Shown in pieces: positions 1-8,362 of a stretch of DNA of 64,000 bases. The DNA comes from a virus (lineage: Duplodnaviria > Heunggongvirae > Uroviricota > Caudoviricetes). The first letter of the stretch is position 1. Every line of letters starts with the position of its first letter. A program made the position numbers and the translations under genes. The DNA is taken from the IMG/VR virus record IMGVR_UViG_3300021255_002910, positions 16,088-80,087 of that record. One strand, 5' to 3'. Below the pieces are notes generated by a model that was given only the letters and a program-made list of their open reading frames with translations, ran no database searches and was not told where the DNA came from.

Positions 1-720
1 CTTGGTCAGCTCCTCCACCAGCAACTTGTCGTCGCCAGCGTTGGCAATGTCACGAATCTCCTTGTTCTTCTCGAAAGATTCGGGGTCGTAGATTTCGTGA
101 TAGGTGGTCTCGTCGTACTGGTTGTGAGCACCGTCGGCGATGGTGTAGAAAGCGGCCATCACGCCGATGCAGCCAATCTGGTCTTTTGGGTGCATGTAGT
201 AACGCTCGTCGCAGAGGGCAGCGAGATACATGCCTGCTGAGCAGCACATGCCATCGACAAAGGCATAGACCTTCTGACCGCGCTCGTGGGCATAGTCGAT
301 AGCCTGCTGATAGTCGTTCTTAGCCCATGCCGAGCCGCCGGGCGTATTGATGTAGAAGATATGACCGATGCAGAGAGGATTGTCTGCTGCCTCCATCATC
401 ATGTCTCGGTGCTCCACCGAGCCGTAAGTACATTCGCCGCCGTTGCGGGTTACGGGACCGTCAACGTAGAGAATGCTGATGAAGGGGTCGTTAGCGTTCT
501 CGCGCCACGAATAGATGGTCGAGCCATCCTTGGCGCTCACTTTGCGCTCGTCAATGTCGAAGCCTGTGCTGGCATAAGCGCGGGCAGCAATGCGCTTGTC
601 CTTCAGCGTGAGAGCCACGTGGCCGTTCAGATTGTTCTGAATCATCGGGCGCACGGCTTTCAGGAAGTCGGGGTGCAACATCCACTGCTTGTTCGTGAGA
701 ATTTCTAAAAGTCCGTTCAT
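1..720 (-). CDS. ClpP/S49-family serine peptidase (likely prohead protease), N-terminal 240 aa; gene continues past window start
   Basis: Minus-strand frame is open from ATG (720-718) to position 1. Translation MNGLLEILTNKQWMLHPDFLKAV...TPGGSAWAK...VDGMCCSAGMYLAA carries a ClpP/SppA-like Ser motif. Not in the ORF track because no stop falls inside the window. Confidence 0.7.
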   Translation of the reverse strand, partial: MNGLLEILTNKQWMLHPDFLKAVRPMIQNNLNGHVALTLKDKRIAARAYASTGFDIDERKVSAKDGSTIYSWRENANDPFISILYVDGPVTRNGGECTYGSVEHRDMMMEAADNPLCIGHIFYINTPGGSAWAKNDYQQAIDYAHERGQKVYAFVDGMCCSAGMYLAALCDERYYMHPKDQIGCIGVMAAFYTIADGAHNQYDETTYHEIYDPESFEKNKEIRDIANAGDDKLLVEELTK

Positions 721-992
721 GTGGGATTACTATTTTCGTTTTTTCAACTGTTCGCAAAGGTCGGAAAACGAAAATGGCGGGGAGGGTCAAAAAATGCCCG
801 AATTTTATAAAAAATGGGCAAAAGCTACCCTCACAGGCGGCTTTTGCCCAGCATTTGTTCTTACAAGTATATGATTTATTCAAAAGAAAGCCTTTCGCCC
901 GTCGCGGGTTACTGATGGCTTAGAAAGCATTTGTATTGTTATAACATTATATTATATATAGGGGCTGCAATGATCTTGCATCTTACGGGGCG

Positions 993-1505
993 TTACTCCG
1001 TGGTGGTGGGCTTGGTGAGCGCCACCAGGCCGGAGTAACTCTGCGCCTCGTATTTCAGTGTGCCAGTGTGCGACTCACCACGGTTGTCTTCGTAGGTCAG
1101 TTGGCCTGTATTGGGGAAGCGGTGGACGGTCATCTTCGTGCCGTCGTAGGCCGTGAGCACCACCACTGTTTCCTCGCTATCCATCTGATACATAGCCGTT
1201 TTCGCCTTTTCAAACCCCAGCGTGACAGGTATCTGCAGCGTGTGAGTATAGGTATTGCCAATGGCCTCGCGCTTCGGCGCGGCCTTGTGCGACGGCGTGT
1301 CCATCAGCACGTCAAGGTCGCTTTCCGAATAACCCACCGACAGCAGCGGTTCGCCCGCTCCTGTGGCCAGGTTCGTACTGCCCTGCGTCACGGTCATCTC
1401 CGCCACGCCCGGCACACCGAAGGGCACGCTCGTGGTTATCGTACTTGCAAGGTAGAAGTCGGCCCGCACAATGTCGTCAAGAAGAATCTCAGTACAATCG
1501 TTCAT
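993..1505 (-). CDS. hypothetical protein (170 aa)
   Basis: Complete ORF with coding-like composition, in the same orientation as its neighbours. Confidence 0.5.
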   Translation of the reverse strand: MNDCTEILLDDIVRADFYLASTITTSVPFGVPGVAEMTVTQGSTNLATGAGEPLLSVGYSESDLDVLMDTPSHKAAPKREAIGNTYTHTLQIPVTLGFEKAKTAMYQMDSEETVVVLTAYDGTKMTVHRFPNTGQLTYEDNRGESHTGTLKYEAQSYSGLVALTKPTTTE

Positions 1506-1664
1506 ATCGCATCTGTTTTTAGTTCGTTTTCAGTACTAATTTTGGTGCTTTCACTGCCACTTTTTGACATTTTTGAGAGTAGTGACACCCAGCGTGACAG
1601 CCGTTCGCGTTTATTTTCTTTATCTTTTAATATCTTTTCACTTTTGTTTTTGCATTTGTTTGCA

Positions 1665-2372
1665 CTATTGAGCGGTAAGCGGAGTATAGTCGAAGTATTC
1701 ACCTTGCAGTTCCGTGCGTCGGTTTTTGGCCTCCTTACCCCGACTGAAGAGTCGCTTAGCCTGCACGTTCATCGTGTTACGGCTCATGCCGCCCCGAGCC
1801 ATCGGGATTTCATACTGCGCATAGAAGCGCTCCATCATTGCCGCTCGCGTCATTGGGATGTTGCGCTGCCGGAACATGCGTTCCTCCTGCGTCACCCACT
1901 CATAGAAGAAGTGGTAATACTCTTCGCGCAGCGTGTCGATGAGCTGCTTGGCCCCTGCGCTGTTCAGGTAGTAGCGGGCATCGACCTTCACCACCGACGA
2001 GCCAATCCACGTCTCGCGTGGCAGTGCGATACAAAGGTAGTCAAAAATCTCTTCGTTGTGTTTCAGCGCACGACCCTCAAGCGCACACACTTCCTTTGGC
2101 GAGGGCCACGTCTTCGGGTCGCGTGTAAGAATAGTCTTGCCGCCGATAGCCATCTTGCCGTGCAGGATGTTGTTCCATGCCTGCTGCGAGTAGCACAGCG
2201 GTGTGATGCTCTGTATGCTCCCACTGTTGGTCAGACAGGTGCGTATCATTCGCATCTCGTAGTCATGTTCCGAGAACACGACCGGCTGAAACTGCGTAAG
2301 CCGATTCTGTTCATCCCTGTTTCGATAGAACGCCGCGATATAGGGCGACACTTTCAGATAGATGTTAGCCAT
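1665..2372 (-). CDS. hypothetical protein (235 aa)
   Basis: Complete ORF; no recognisable motif. Confidence 0.5.
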   Translation of the reverse strand: MANIYLKVSPYIAAFYRNRDEQNRLTQFQPVVFSEHDYEMRMIRTCLTNSGSIQSITPLCYSQQAWNNILHGKMAIGGKTILTRDPKTWPSPKEVCALEGRALKHNEEIFDYLCIALPRETWIGSSVVKVDARYYLNSAGAKQLIDTLREEYYHFFYEWVTQEERMFRQRNIPMTRAAMMERFYAQYEIPMARGGMSRNTMNVQAKRLFSRGKEAKNRRTELQGEYFDYTPLTAQ

Positions 2373-2512
2373 AGTTCAAAATTAGTTAGTTGATTTCTTA
2401 TTTATCATAATGTATGTTATATCAAAAAAAATGTAAGTATAAGAAATGTGAAAAAGATTGCACTGATAATTTCAGGATCCTTTCTATATCCGTTTACCCT
2501 GTCTAATACGTT

Positions 2513-2750
2513 GTCTGCTCCGCTATCAGCGCATCAATCTGGGTGCTCGTCGGGCGGTGGCTGACGGTGGCGTAGATGTACTGCTGCTAGCCGTCCTCGT
2601 TCTTCTGGAGGAACGATGTAACCGATTCAGGTTTCAGATACAAGGCGGGCGATGCGTCGGGCTTCAGTACGTCGGCGATGCACTGGGTCAACGGGGAAGG
2701 GGCGCGGAAACTCGTACTGAGTGCCACGGAGCAGGTCTTTCCTGATGCTC
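2513..2750 (-). pseudogene. degenerate copy (about 88% identity) of the 3-prime end of the C5-methyltransferase gene (matches 5337-5576)
   Basis: Direct nucleotide alignment of 2513-2750 with 5337-5576. Track ORFs 2627..2812(-) and 2557..2745(+) are translations of this fragment, e.g. IRKDLLRGTQYEFPRPFP. Confidence 0.7.
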
Positions 2751-2814
2751 ACGTTTGAGCCCCTTTTACGCAAAGGGGCGGCGTAAGCGGGGATTGCGGC
2801 AGTCGTATTCATGC

Positions 2815-2955
2815 TTATCCTATTTTCCTTTGTCTATAATCTTTCAGCATACGCTTTACCGTGTCTAACAGATAGACCAATACGTCGGTCTGTTCGTCGG
2901 ACTCTCTTATTTCTTCCACGATGGCCGACAATGTTTCGTATTCTTGCTTGTTCAT
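2815..2955 (-). CDS. small hypothetical protein (46 aa), translationally coupled
   Basis: The ATG at 2955-2953 overlaps the upstream TGA at 2954-2952 (ATGA). Translation is MNKQEYETLSAIVEEIRESDEQTDVLVYLLDTVKRMLKDYRQRKIG. Confidence 0.35.
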   Translation of the reverse strand: MNKQEYETLSAIVEEIRESDEQTDVLVYLLDTVKRMLKDYRQRKIG

Positions 2956-3158
2956 AATCCTGTCTGGTAAGGTTGGTTGCTGTTCTTTCGTTCCCGCATA
3001 ATCCTGTCGAGATAGATGTAAGCTGACTTCGTGATGATGATGTAAATACCTGTATCGGTCTCTATCACCTCTCGCTTCATGCTCTTTTTCAGCAAGGCGA
3101 GGATTTCTGCGGCATCCTCCTTTGTCTTGCAACGCCATGTCACTCTTTCGTCTTTCAT
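2952..3158 (-). CDS. small hypothetical protein (68 aa), ATGA-coupled to the 627-aa gene
   Basis: An internal ATG at 3158-3156 overlaps the stop of 3155..5038. The longer track ORF 2952..3263 would overlap the upstream gene by 108 nt. Confidence 0.4.
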   Translation of the reverse strand: MKDERVTWRCKTKEDAAEILALLKKSMKREVIETDTGIYIIITKSAYIYLDRIMRERKNSNQPYQTGL

Positions 3159-5038
3159 ACGTCGCTCTGCTTGAAATACTTCTTCTTGAATGCCACCGAG
3201 AACAGGGTTCGGCGCACCAGCGTATAGGTCTCGCGCTCTTTCGACGATATGGGGCGCTTCCATTTCAGCCGGTTCTTCACAGTCTGCAGGGCTGCGTCGG
3301 CTATCTGCTCACGGGTGAAGCCGTCCTTCGGCTCCAGTCCGCAGAAGATAATCTCGGCGCACATCATCTTGGCAAACTCGCGTTCCTGTGCCAGTTCGCG
3401 TTCTATCAGCGTCCGGGCCGTCTTGAGCCGCCGCACGTAACGGAAGTATTGCGAGCGGTAGATACGGCTGTTCAGGTAGTAGTCAAGATCCTCCAGGTTC
3501 AGCGAGTCGTAGCGCAGGATGTCGTCGCTCGTCTCGCTGAAGGCAATGCTCACTTTCAGCTTGCGGTCGTGCGGCCCTTCGGTCCACGAATAGGCATCGC
3601 TCTTCGGCATATAGGAGATGCAGAAGCGACGGCGATGGTTGTAATAGTTTTTATCGGGGTCGTATTGCGGATTCTTCTTCACCGTATAAACTCCAGTCTC
3701 GGGATAGTCGGGCGTTGACCAGTCGGAAGCATAGTATCGCAGGAAGTCGTGGCGGTCGAAGTCGCCCTGACCTATCAGCAGTATGCGACTGCCCTCGGCG
3801 ATACCCTCGTTGGTCTGTTTTATCCAGTCCATCACCGACGGGCGACCGTCCATCAGCAGATGCGAGGTGTCGAGTTCGTATTCCATGCGCACCGATTCGT
3901 CCAGTCCCTCCATCTTCAGGAAGCTACACTTCACGTGGTGTGGCGAAAACACGTCGCTGCGGTCGAGCAGACCTTGCAGCAGGAAGGCAATCTTGGTGAA
4001 GCGCCGACGCATCATGTCGGAGCGTTTGTCGTCGCTGTTCCACTGATGGCGGCTTTCCTCTTCCAATACTTTCTGGTACTCGTCGAGGTTGGGGAACATA
4101 CGGTCTTCCAGTCCGATGTGCCCACTCTCCAGTCTGTAGAGGTTGTCGCCATTGCGAATGAGAAACAGCGTGACATGGTTCGGCTGGTTCATAATGCGGT
4201 TGTACCATTCATCGTTTTCAGCATACTGCTTGTCCTTCCTGCGCGGCTTGATGGCCACAATGCTCTTGGCGTCAGGCAACAGGATCTTGAAGTTGCCGTT
4301 TTCCACCAGCCATTTATCAAACGACTCCATCTTCCGCCAGTCGAAATCGTCGTCAATCAGTGCAAACTCCTCGTCCATGAAGAGCACGGCCTGGCGGATG
4401 ACTATCGGCTCCGTCTCTGCCGCAGGCTCACCCGATTGCAGCGTCAGCACCTCCTCCTTGATGCCCGCATAGGTCTCGATGGTCTGAATGACGTAGGTCA
4501 GCCGTCTTATTTCGCTGCCCATCTTGCTCACCACGTCGCGGATGGCATCCATTTTTTTCTCGATTTCGCGGCGCATCTGTGTCTGCATCAGGCGGCAGTA
4601 GTTCTTCACCAGCGCCACCGACCGCTGCGTCTGCTCTATCTGGCTGCGCAGGGCTATAAGCGACTGCTTGTTGCCCAGCGTCATCAGTGCCGTCTCGTTG
4701 CTCTCTGCATAGTCCTCGATGCTTGCCCCCTCATTAAGTATGCGGTGGCACATGTCTCGCAGCTTCGTAGGGTCGCCGTCCAGCACGATATAATACTCCT
4801 TCAGTTGCGACTCCGAAATGTCCCTGTCTTCACCGTCGCGCTGCAGGGTGACGGGGTTCACGCCCATGCAGTTGTAGAACGTGACGGAATGTTTGTCATC
4901 GAACGTTCTCTCCTCTATCCCGTCGATCACATAGAACGATTCATAACGCTTGTCGGTGATGTAGTCACCCACTCTGAAACCCTCGTGCCCGTTGTTTGTG
5001 GCCAGCACGATGTCGGTGTGCTTGATAATGTTGCTCAT
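3155..5038 (-). CDS. large hypothetical protein (627 aa) with a central coiled coil; function unknown
   Basis: Long complete ORF with no Walker, HEXXH or other recognisable catalytic motif. It lies between the duplicated methyltransferase 3-prime ends. Confidence 0.6.
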   Translation of the reverse strand: MSNIIKHTDIVLATNNGHEGFRVGDYITDKRYESFYVIDGIEERTFDDKHSVTFYNCMGVNPVTLQRDGEDRDISESQLKEYYIVLDGDPTKLRDMCHRILNEGASIEDYAESNETALMTLGNKQSLIALRSQIEQTQRSVALVKNYCRLMQTQMRREIEKKMDAIRDVVSKMGSEIRRLTYVIQTIETYAGIKEEVLTLQSGEPAAETEPIVIRQAVLFMDEEFALIDDDFDWRKMESFDKWLVENGNFKILLPDAKSIVAIKPRRKDKQYAENDEWYNRIMNQPNHVTLFLIRNGDNLYRLESGHIGLEDRMFPNLDEYQKVLEEESRHQWNSDDKRSDMMRRRFTKIAFLLQGLLDRSDVFSPHHVKCSFLKMEGLDESVRMEYELDTSHLLMDGRPSVMDWIKQTNEGIAEGSRILLIGQGDFDRHDFLRYYASDWSTPDYPETGVYTVKKNPQYDPDKNYYNHRRRFCISYMPKSDAYSWTEGPHDRKLKVSIAFSETSDDILRYDSLNLEDLDYYLNSRIYRSQYFRYVRRLKTARTLIERELAQEREFAKMMCAEIIFCGLEPKDGFTREQIADAALQTVKNRLKWKRPISSKERETYTLVRRTLFSVAFKKKYFKQSDV

Positions 5039-5041
5039 ACG

Positions 5042-5311
5042 CTAACTTGATTTGACATTTGACAATAAAAGAACGGCGGCACTACGCGCTGTCAGGTTCA
5101 AATTAGCTGAGACCTTGGGGTGTTTCCACTGCCCAACGCGGTTGCCGCCGAGACGATATTCTGCCCCCTTGGAGGCATCATAGTTCTCTATCCACGAAGA
5201 TGTTTGCCCACAAAAAACGCTGCCTTCCAAGAGCAGCGACTTGCGGTCGCTAATTTGATTTGACGCTGCAAAGATAAGCAGAATTATTGATATTGCCAAA
5301 TATTTCTTCAT
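5042..5311 (-). CDS. small secreted protein (89 aa, N-terminal signal peptide)
   Basis: MKKYLAISIILLIFAASNQ hydrophobic leader with no lipobox Cys. GC is lower than the surroundings. Confidence 0.5.
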   Translation of the reverse strand: MKKYLAISIILLIFAASNQISDRKSLLLEGSVFCGQTSSWIENYDASKGAEYRLGGNRVGQWKHPKVSANLNLTARSAAVLLLSNVKSS

Positions 5312-5329
5312 AATTCGTTTCCAATTCTT

Positions 5330-6949
5330 TTAGTCCATTGTCTGCTCCGCTATCAGCGCGTCAATCTGGGTGCTCGTCGGGCGGTGGCTGACGGTGGCGT
5401 AGATGTACTGCTGCTGGCCGTCCTCGTTTTTCTGCAAAAAGCTGGTGACGCTTTCGGGTTTCAGGTAGAGGGCGGGCGAGGCGTCGGGCTCCAGCACGTC
5501 GGCGATGCACTGGGTGAGGGGGAAGGGACGCGGGAACTCGTACTGAGTGCCCCGGAGCAGGTCTTTCCTGATGCTCACGAGAAACATGCGGTCGCGGTTC
5601 TGGGGTATGCCGTAGTCGCGGGCATTGAGGATGGAGGCGGTGGTGCGCTCGCCGCCGGGGAGGGTGAAGCTGGGGGCGAGGAAGTTCTCGTAGCCGAGGT
5701 CGCTGACGGTCTGCATCCACTGGCGGAAGTGCCGGATGTTCTGCTGGTTGATGATGGCACGGACGTTCTCCTGCAGCAGCATCTTGGGGCGCAGGGCCTC
5801 GATGGCGTCGGCGGTGCTCCAGAGCACGCTTGAACGGGTGCCGCTGCCCTTGGCCATGCCCTCGCGCTTGCCGGCCTGGGAAATGGATTGGCAGGGGGTG
5901 CTGTAAGTCAGGAGGTCGATGGAGCCTACTTGTATTCTATCAGGACTCCCATTTCCCTGAAGCCCTGTCTCGGATGCGTGATGTTGCCCGCATAGTGGTG
6001 AGCCGTTGTCAGCGTCACTGCACATCCTTGCTTGTCCGTGTTCAGTGCCGTTAGCACCTTGTCCGTTAGCACGAGCATCACTTTCTCCTTCTGTTCGTTC
6101 TCTTTCATCATCATAATACTTTTGTGGGTTTTGCATGAAGTCTTGCCAGTCGATGCGGGTCATGTCGCCGAGGTTGGGGCCTGCGTTGGGGAAGCAGAGG
6201 CGGTGGGCGACGACGGCGGGCTGCTGGTCGAGGGGACGCGAGGATTCGGGGTCGAACTCGCTCCAGGCGGTGAGCGTCCAGCGGAAGTCGGGGTGCTGCC
6301 GGGCCAGCATGTCGAGGGCGATGGCCTGCGAGTCGTAGCCGGAGCAAAGAGAAATCAGTCGGAAGGGCTCGCGCTGCCAGTCGCGCTCCAGTCGGAACTG
6401 GGGCAGGTCGAAGAGCGAGGGCTGCTCGGTGGGCAGCCGTCGGCCCGTGGGATAGAGGGCTTCCTCGTAGATGTGCAGCAGCACGTTGGCGCAGATGCTG
6501 TTGCCTGCCAGCTTGTAGATCGCCGAGTTGGCGAGGACGGGCACGGGGGCGGTCTTCTCCACCCGTGGGGCGGTGAGCAGGCGGTCGCGGGCTTGCTCGA
6601 TGCGGGCGATGCTCGCGCTGTCGATGCCGTCGGCGGTTTCCGACGGAGAACCGTCGGTCACGGTGGCTTCCTCTTCAAGGTCATCGTCTCCGTCCGTCTC
6701 TTTGAGGTTCATTATGGCTTGCTCGGCGGCTTCGCGAATGTCGCGTGGCGTGGCGCTGTCGGCGAGGTCGAGCAGCCGTAGTTCTTCTTCACAGCCGCTG
6801 ATGGCGCTGTAGGTGCGCTCGGTGGTCTGCATCATGCGGTCGATGTAGTGCTCCGGCACGGCCATAAGTCTTAGGCACTCACGGGGCGAGAGCTTGCGAA
6901 TGTCGAACAGGCGGCACTCGCGGGTCTTCGTGTTAATCTGTGCAATCAT
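5330..6949 (-). CDS. DNA (cytosine-5)-methyltransferase, circularly permuted motif order (X-like, I, IV, VI, VIII). Carries an insert of about 70 aa between motifs III and IV
   Basis: Motifs seen are LISLCSGYDS (I), TYSTPCQSIS (IV), ENVRAII (VI) and GIPQNRDRMF (VIII). N-terminal LSPRECLRLMAVPE/AGNSI resemble motifs IX/X. The track ORF starts at a TTG (7024); the first ATG is at 6949. Confidence 0.75.
   Translation of the reverse strand: MIAQINTKTRECRLFDIRKLSPRECLRLMAVPEHYIDRMMQTTERTYSAISGCEEELRLLDLADSATPRDIREAAEQAIMNLKETDGDDDLEEEATVTDGSPSETADGIDSASIARIEQARDRLLTAPRVEKTAPVPVLANSAIYKLAGNSICANVLLHIYEEALYPTGRRLPTEQPSLFDLPQFRLERDWQREPFRLISLCSGYDSQAIALDMLARQHPDFRWTLTAWSEFDPESSRPLDQQPAVVAHRLCFPNAGPNLGDMTRIDWQDFMQNPQKYYDDERERTEGESDARANGQGANGTEHGQARMCSDADNGSPLCGQHHASETGLQGNGSPDRIQVGSIDLLTYSTPCQSISQAGKREGMAKGSGTRSSVLWSTADAIEALRPKMLLQENVRAIINQQNIRHFRQWMQTVSDLGYENFLAPSFTLPGGERTTASILNARDYGIPQNRDRMFLVSIRKDLLRGTQYEFPRPFPLTQCIADVLEPDASPALYLKPESVTSFLQKNEDGQQQYIYATVSHRPTSTQIDALIAEQTMD
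5926..6114 (-). CDS. small ORF nested out of frame inside the methyltransferase insert; member of the ILIEY C-terminal paralog family
   Basis: Ends ...HHYAGNITHPRQGFREMGVLIEYK, sharing the motif with 7168..7353 and 7761..7949. It sits exactly in the low-complexity insertion of the methyltransferase. Confidence 0.35.
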   Translation of the reverse strand: MMMKENEQKEKVMLVLTDKVLTALNTDKQGCAVTLTTAHHYAGNITHPRQGFREMGVLIEYK

Positions 6950-7167
6950 AATGTTATCGTTTGTTTGATGTTTATTGTCAGGGTCGTGGGGGGGTAGAAA
7001 TGAACCAGCAGGCTCCTGCGTCAATGCGGGTGGTGATGGTTCCTGCCTCGTTGGTGCGAGTCAGTTGGTTGTATGCGTCTATCCAGAGGTAGGGTCGGCA
7101 GATTTTGCCGTCCATTATCATGCGTCTGAGCCTCACTCCTCCTGTTACCATAATCCGTTTAATCTGT

Positions 7168-7353
7168 TTAATCCGTTGTTTCGTTCTGTTCGTATTCTAT
7201 GAGTATCTTCGGGCAGTTGCCGTGTCCTGCGGTGTGGCAGGGGGCGATGCCGTGGGGGCTGACCACGATGCCGTCTTGCGAGGTGGAGAGCCGTCCGGCG
7301 TAGATGACGCGCCGTGACCGCTTGTGGGGGGTAGGAATTATCGTTCTATTCAT
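7168..7353 (-). CDS. small protein, ILIEY-family paralog (61 aa)
   Basis: C-terminus ...PCHTAGHGNCPKILIEYEQNETTD. Its ATG overlaps the upstream stop (CAATGAATAG). Confidence 0.4.
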   Translation of the reverse strand: MNRTIIPTPHKRSRRVIYAGRLSTSQDGIVVSPHGIAPCHTAGHGNCPKILIEYEQNETTD

Positions 7354-7547
7354 TGTATTCTATGAGTATTGCGGTCGATGGGAAGTGGCCGAGTGAGTAG
7401 TAGTTCGTCCATCCGTCCTTCCACATGCGGGACGTAAGGCAGGATGCGGTGTCGGCAGCGCACACGTTGACCGGCCAGAGCGATTTCTGCCCCCCCCCGT
7501 AGCGGCTGGTCGGCTATGGTGGTGATGGCGAGGCGGGGCTGTTTCAT
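7350..7547 (-). CDS. small protein, ILIEY-family paralog interrupted by a frameshift at a G9 tract
   Basis: A C9 run lies at 7491-7499 on the plus strand. With G8 the reading continues ...YYSLGHFPSTAILIEYNE*, matching the paralogs. Confidence 0.35.
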   Translation of the reverse strand: MKQPRLAITTIADQPLRGGAEIALAGQRVRCRHRILPYVPHVEGRMDELLLTRPLPIDRNTHRIQ

Positions 7548-7768
7548 TTTACTTCTATCCATACGAGGGTATCTTTCTGAACGGTGGTGATGGTGCCGCA
7601 CAGCTGACTGCGCAACTCCAGGAACTGCCGTCCGCGTCCGTGCAGGGCACGGCGCGAGCGGGGTGCCTCGGGGTCGCGGCTGACGAGGGCGCAGTATCGG
7701 GCGCTGACCGTGGGGTCGGCTGCCAGGCGCGGGTAGCTGTCGATGATGGGTAGCGGCGATTTATTCAT
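7544..7768 (-). CDS. small hypothetical protein (74 aa), coupled
   Basis: ATG embedded in the upstream GAATATGAATAA. C-terminus ...TLVWIEVK. Confidence 0.35.
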   Translation of the reverse strand: MNKSPLPIIDSYPRLAADPTVSARYCALVSRDPEAPRSRRALHGRGRQFLELRSQLCGTITTVQKDTLVWIEVK

Positions 7769-7949
7769 ATTCTATCATCAAATAGTTGTCCTTATCAAAC
7801 GTGGTCACTGCGTTGCTGATGCCGTCGGGCCGTGGGGCGAGCTTGTGCTCCGAAAAGTGCAGATGCCCACCCCGGTCGCCGTAGATGCGGCGCTTGGCCT
7901 TCAGTGCTTCGGTGCGCTCGCGGCGCAGAATGGCGTAGTGGTTAGTCAT
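7761..7949 (-). CDS. small protein, ILIEY-family paralog (62 aa)
   Basis: Internal ATG just after the stop of 7955..8206. Ends ...HFSEHKLAPRPDGISNAVTTFDKDNYLMIEYE. Confidence 0.4.
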   Translation of the reverse strand: MTNHYAILRRERTEALKAKRRIYGDRGGHLHFSEHKLAPRPDGISNAVTTFDKDNYLMIEYE

Positions 7950-7954
7950 TTCGT

Positions 7955-8206
7955 TCAGTTCATCGTCTCCTCCCTCGGTGTCTCGCCGATGCGCTGGTGC
8001 ATGGCCTGACGCAGGGTGTCGGCGAGGCTGTCGGCCAGTTGGCGGAGTTTGGGCTGGGGTGTGTCGCGGCGGTCGGCTATCTGTCCGATGGCCGACACCA
8101 TGAGGCGCTGGGCGCACACCATGAGGTCTATCACTTCTGGGCTGTGGAGGTCGAGCGCCTGACGCACATCGTCCATCATCAGCATCATTTCGAGGTCATT
8201 TTTCAT
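7955..8206 (-). CDS. hypothetical small helical protein (83 aa)
   Basis: Complete ORF with coding-like composition. Confidence 0.5.
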   Translation of the reverse strand: MKNDLEMMLMMDDVRQALDLHSPEVIDLMVCAQRLMVSAIGQIADRRDTPQPKLRQLADSLADTLRQAMHQRIGETPREETMN

Positions 8207-8362
8207 TCGTTCGTTTCTTTAATATTGTTTTTGCCCTTTTGGCTTAGGCCGCTTTCCCGTTTGGCGGGAAACGCTCAAACATCAGCTGGAGTTCGAGGTC
8301 GGATTTCATTGCTTGTTTCGCTTTGTTCTGCATGAGAAATTACATGAGGAATGACGTGGCGG

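Noticed and set aside
1068-2393. Long plus-strand ORFs throughout the window (for example 1068..2393, 3749..5050, 8351..9406, 28858..29862)
   Set aside because: They are antisense shadows of convincing minus-strand genes in GC-rich DNA, with Arg/Ala/His/Val-rich low-complexity translations and no motifs. Only 48664..49143 and 61776..62048 on the plus strand look genuine.
2627-2812. 61-aa ORF as an independent gene
   Set aside because: It is the translation of the degenerate duplicated methyltransferase 3-prime fragment. It shares IRKDLLRGTQYEFPRPFP with the real methyltransferase and then diverges by substitutions.
3155-5038. Assigning the 627-aa protein as a phage portal on positional grounds (a few genes upstream of the head protease)
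   Set aside because: No portal family signature is recognisable by eye, and it sits inside a cassette bracketed by a duplicated gene fragment. It is left as unknown.
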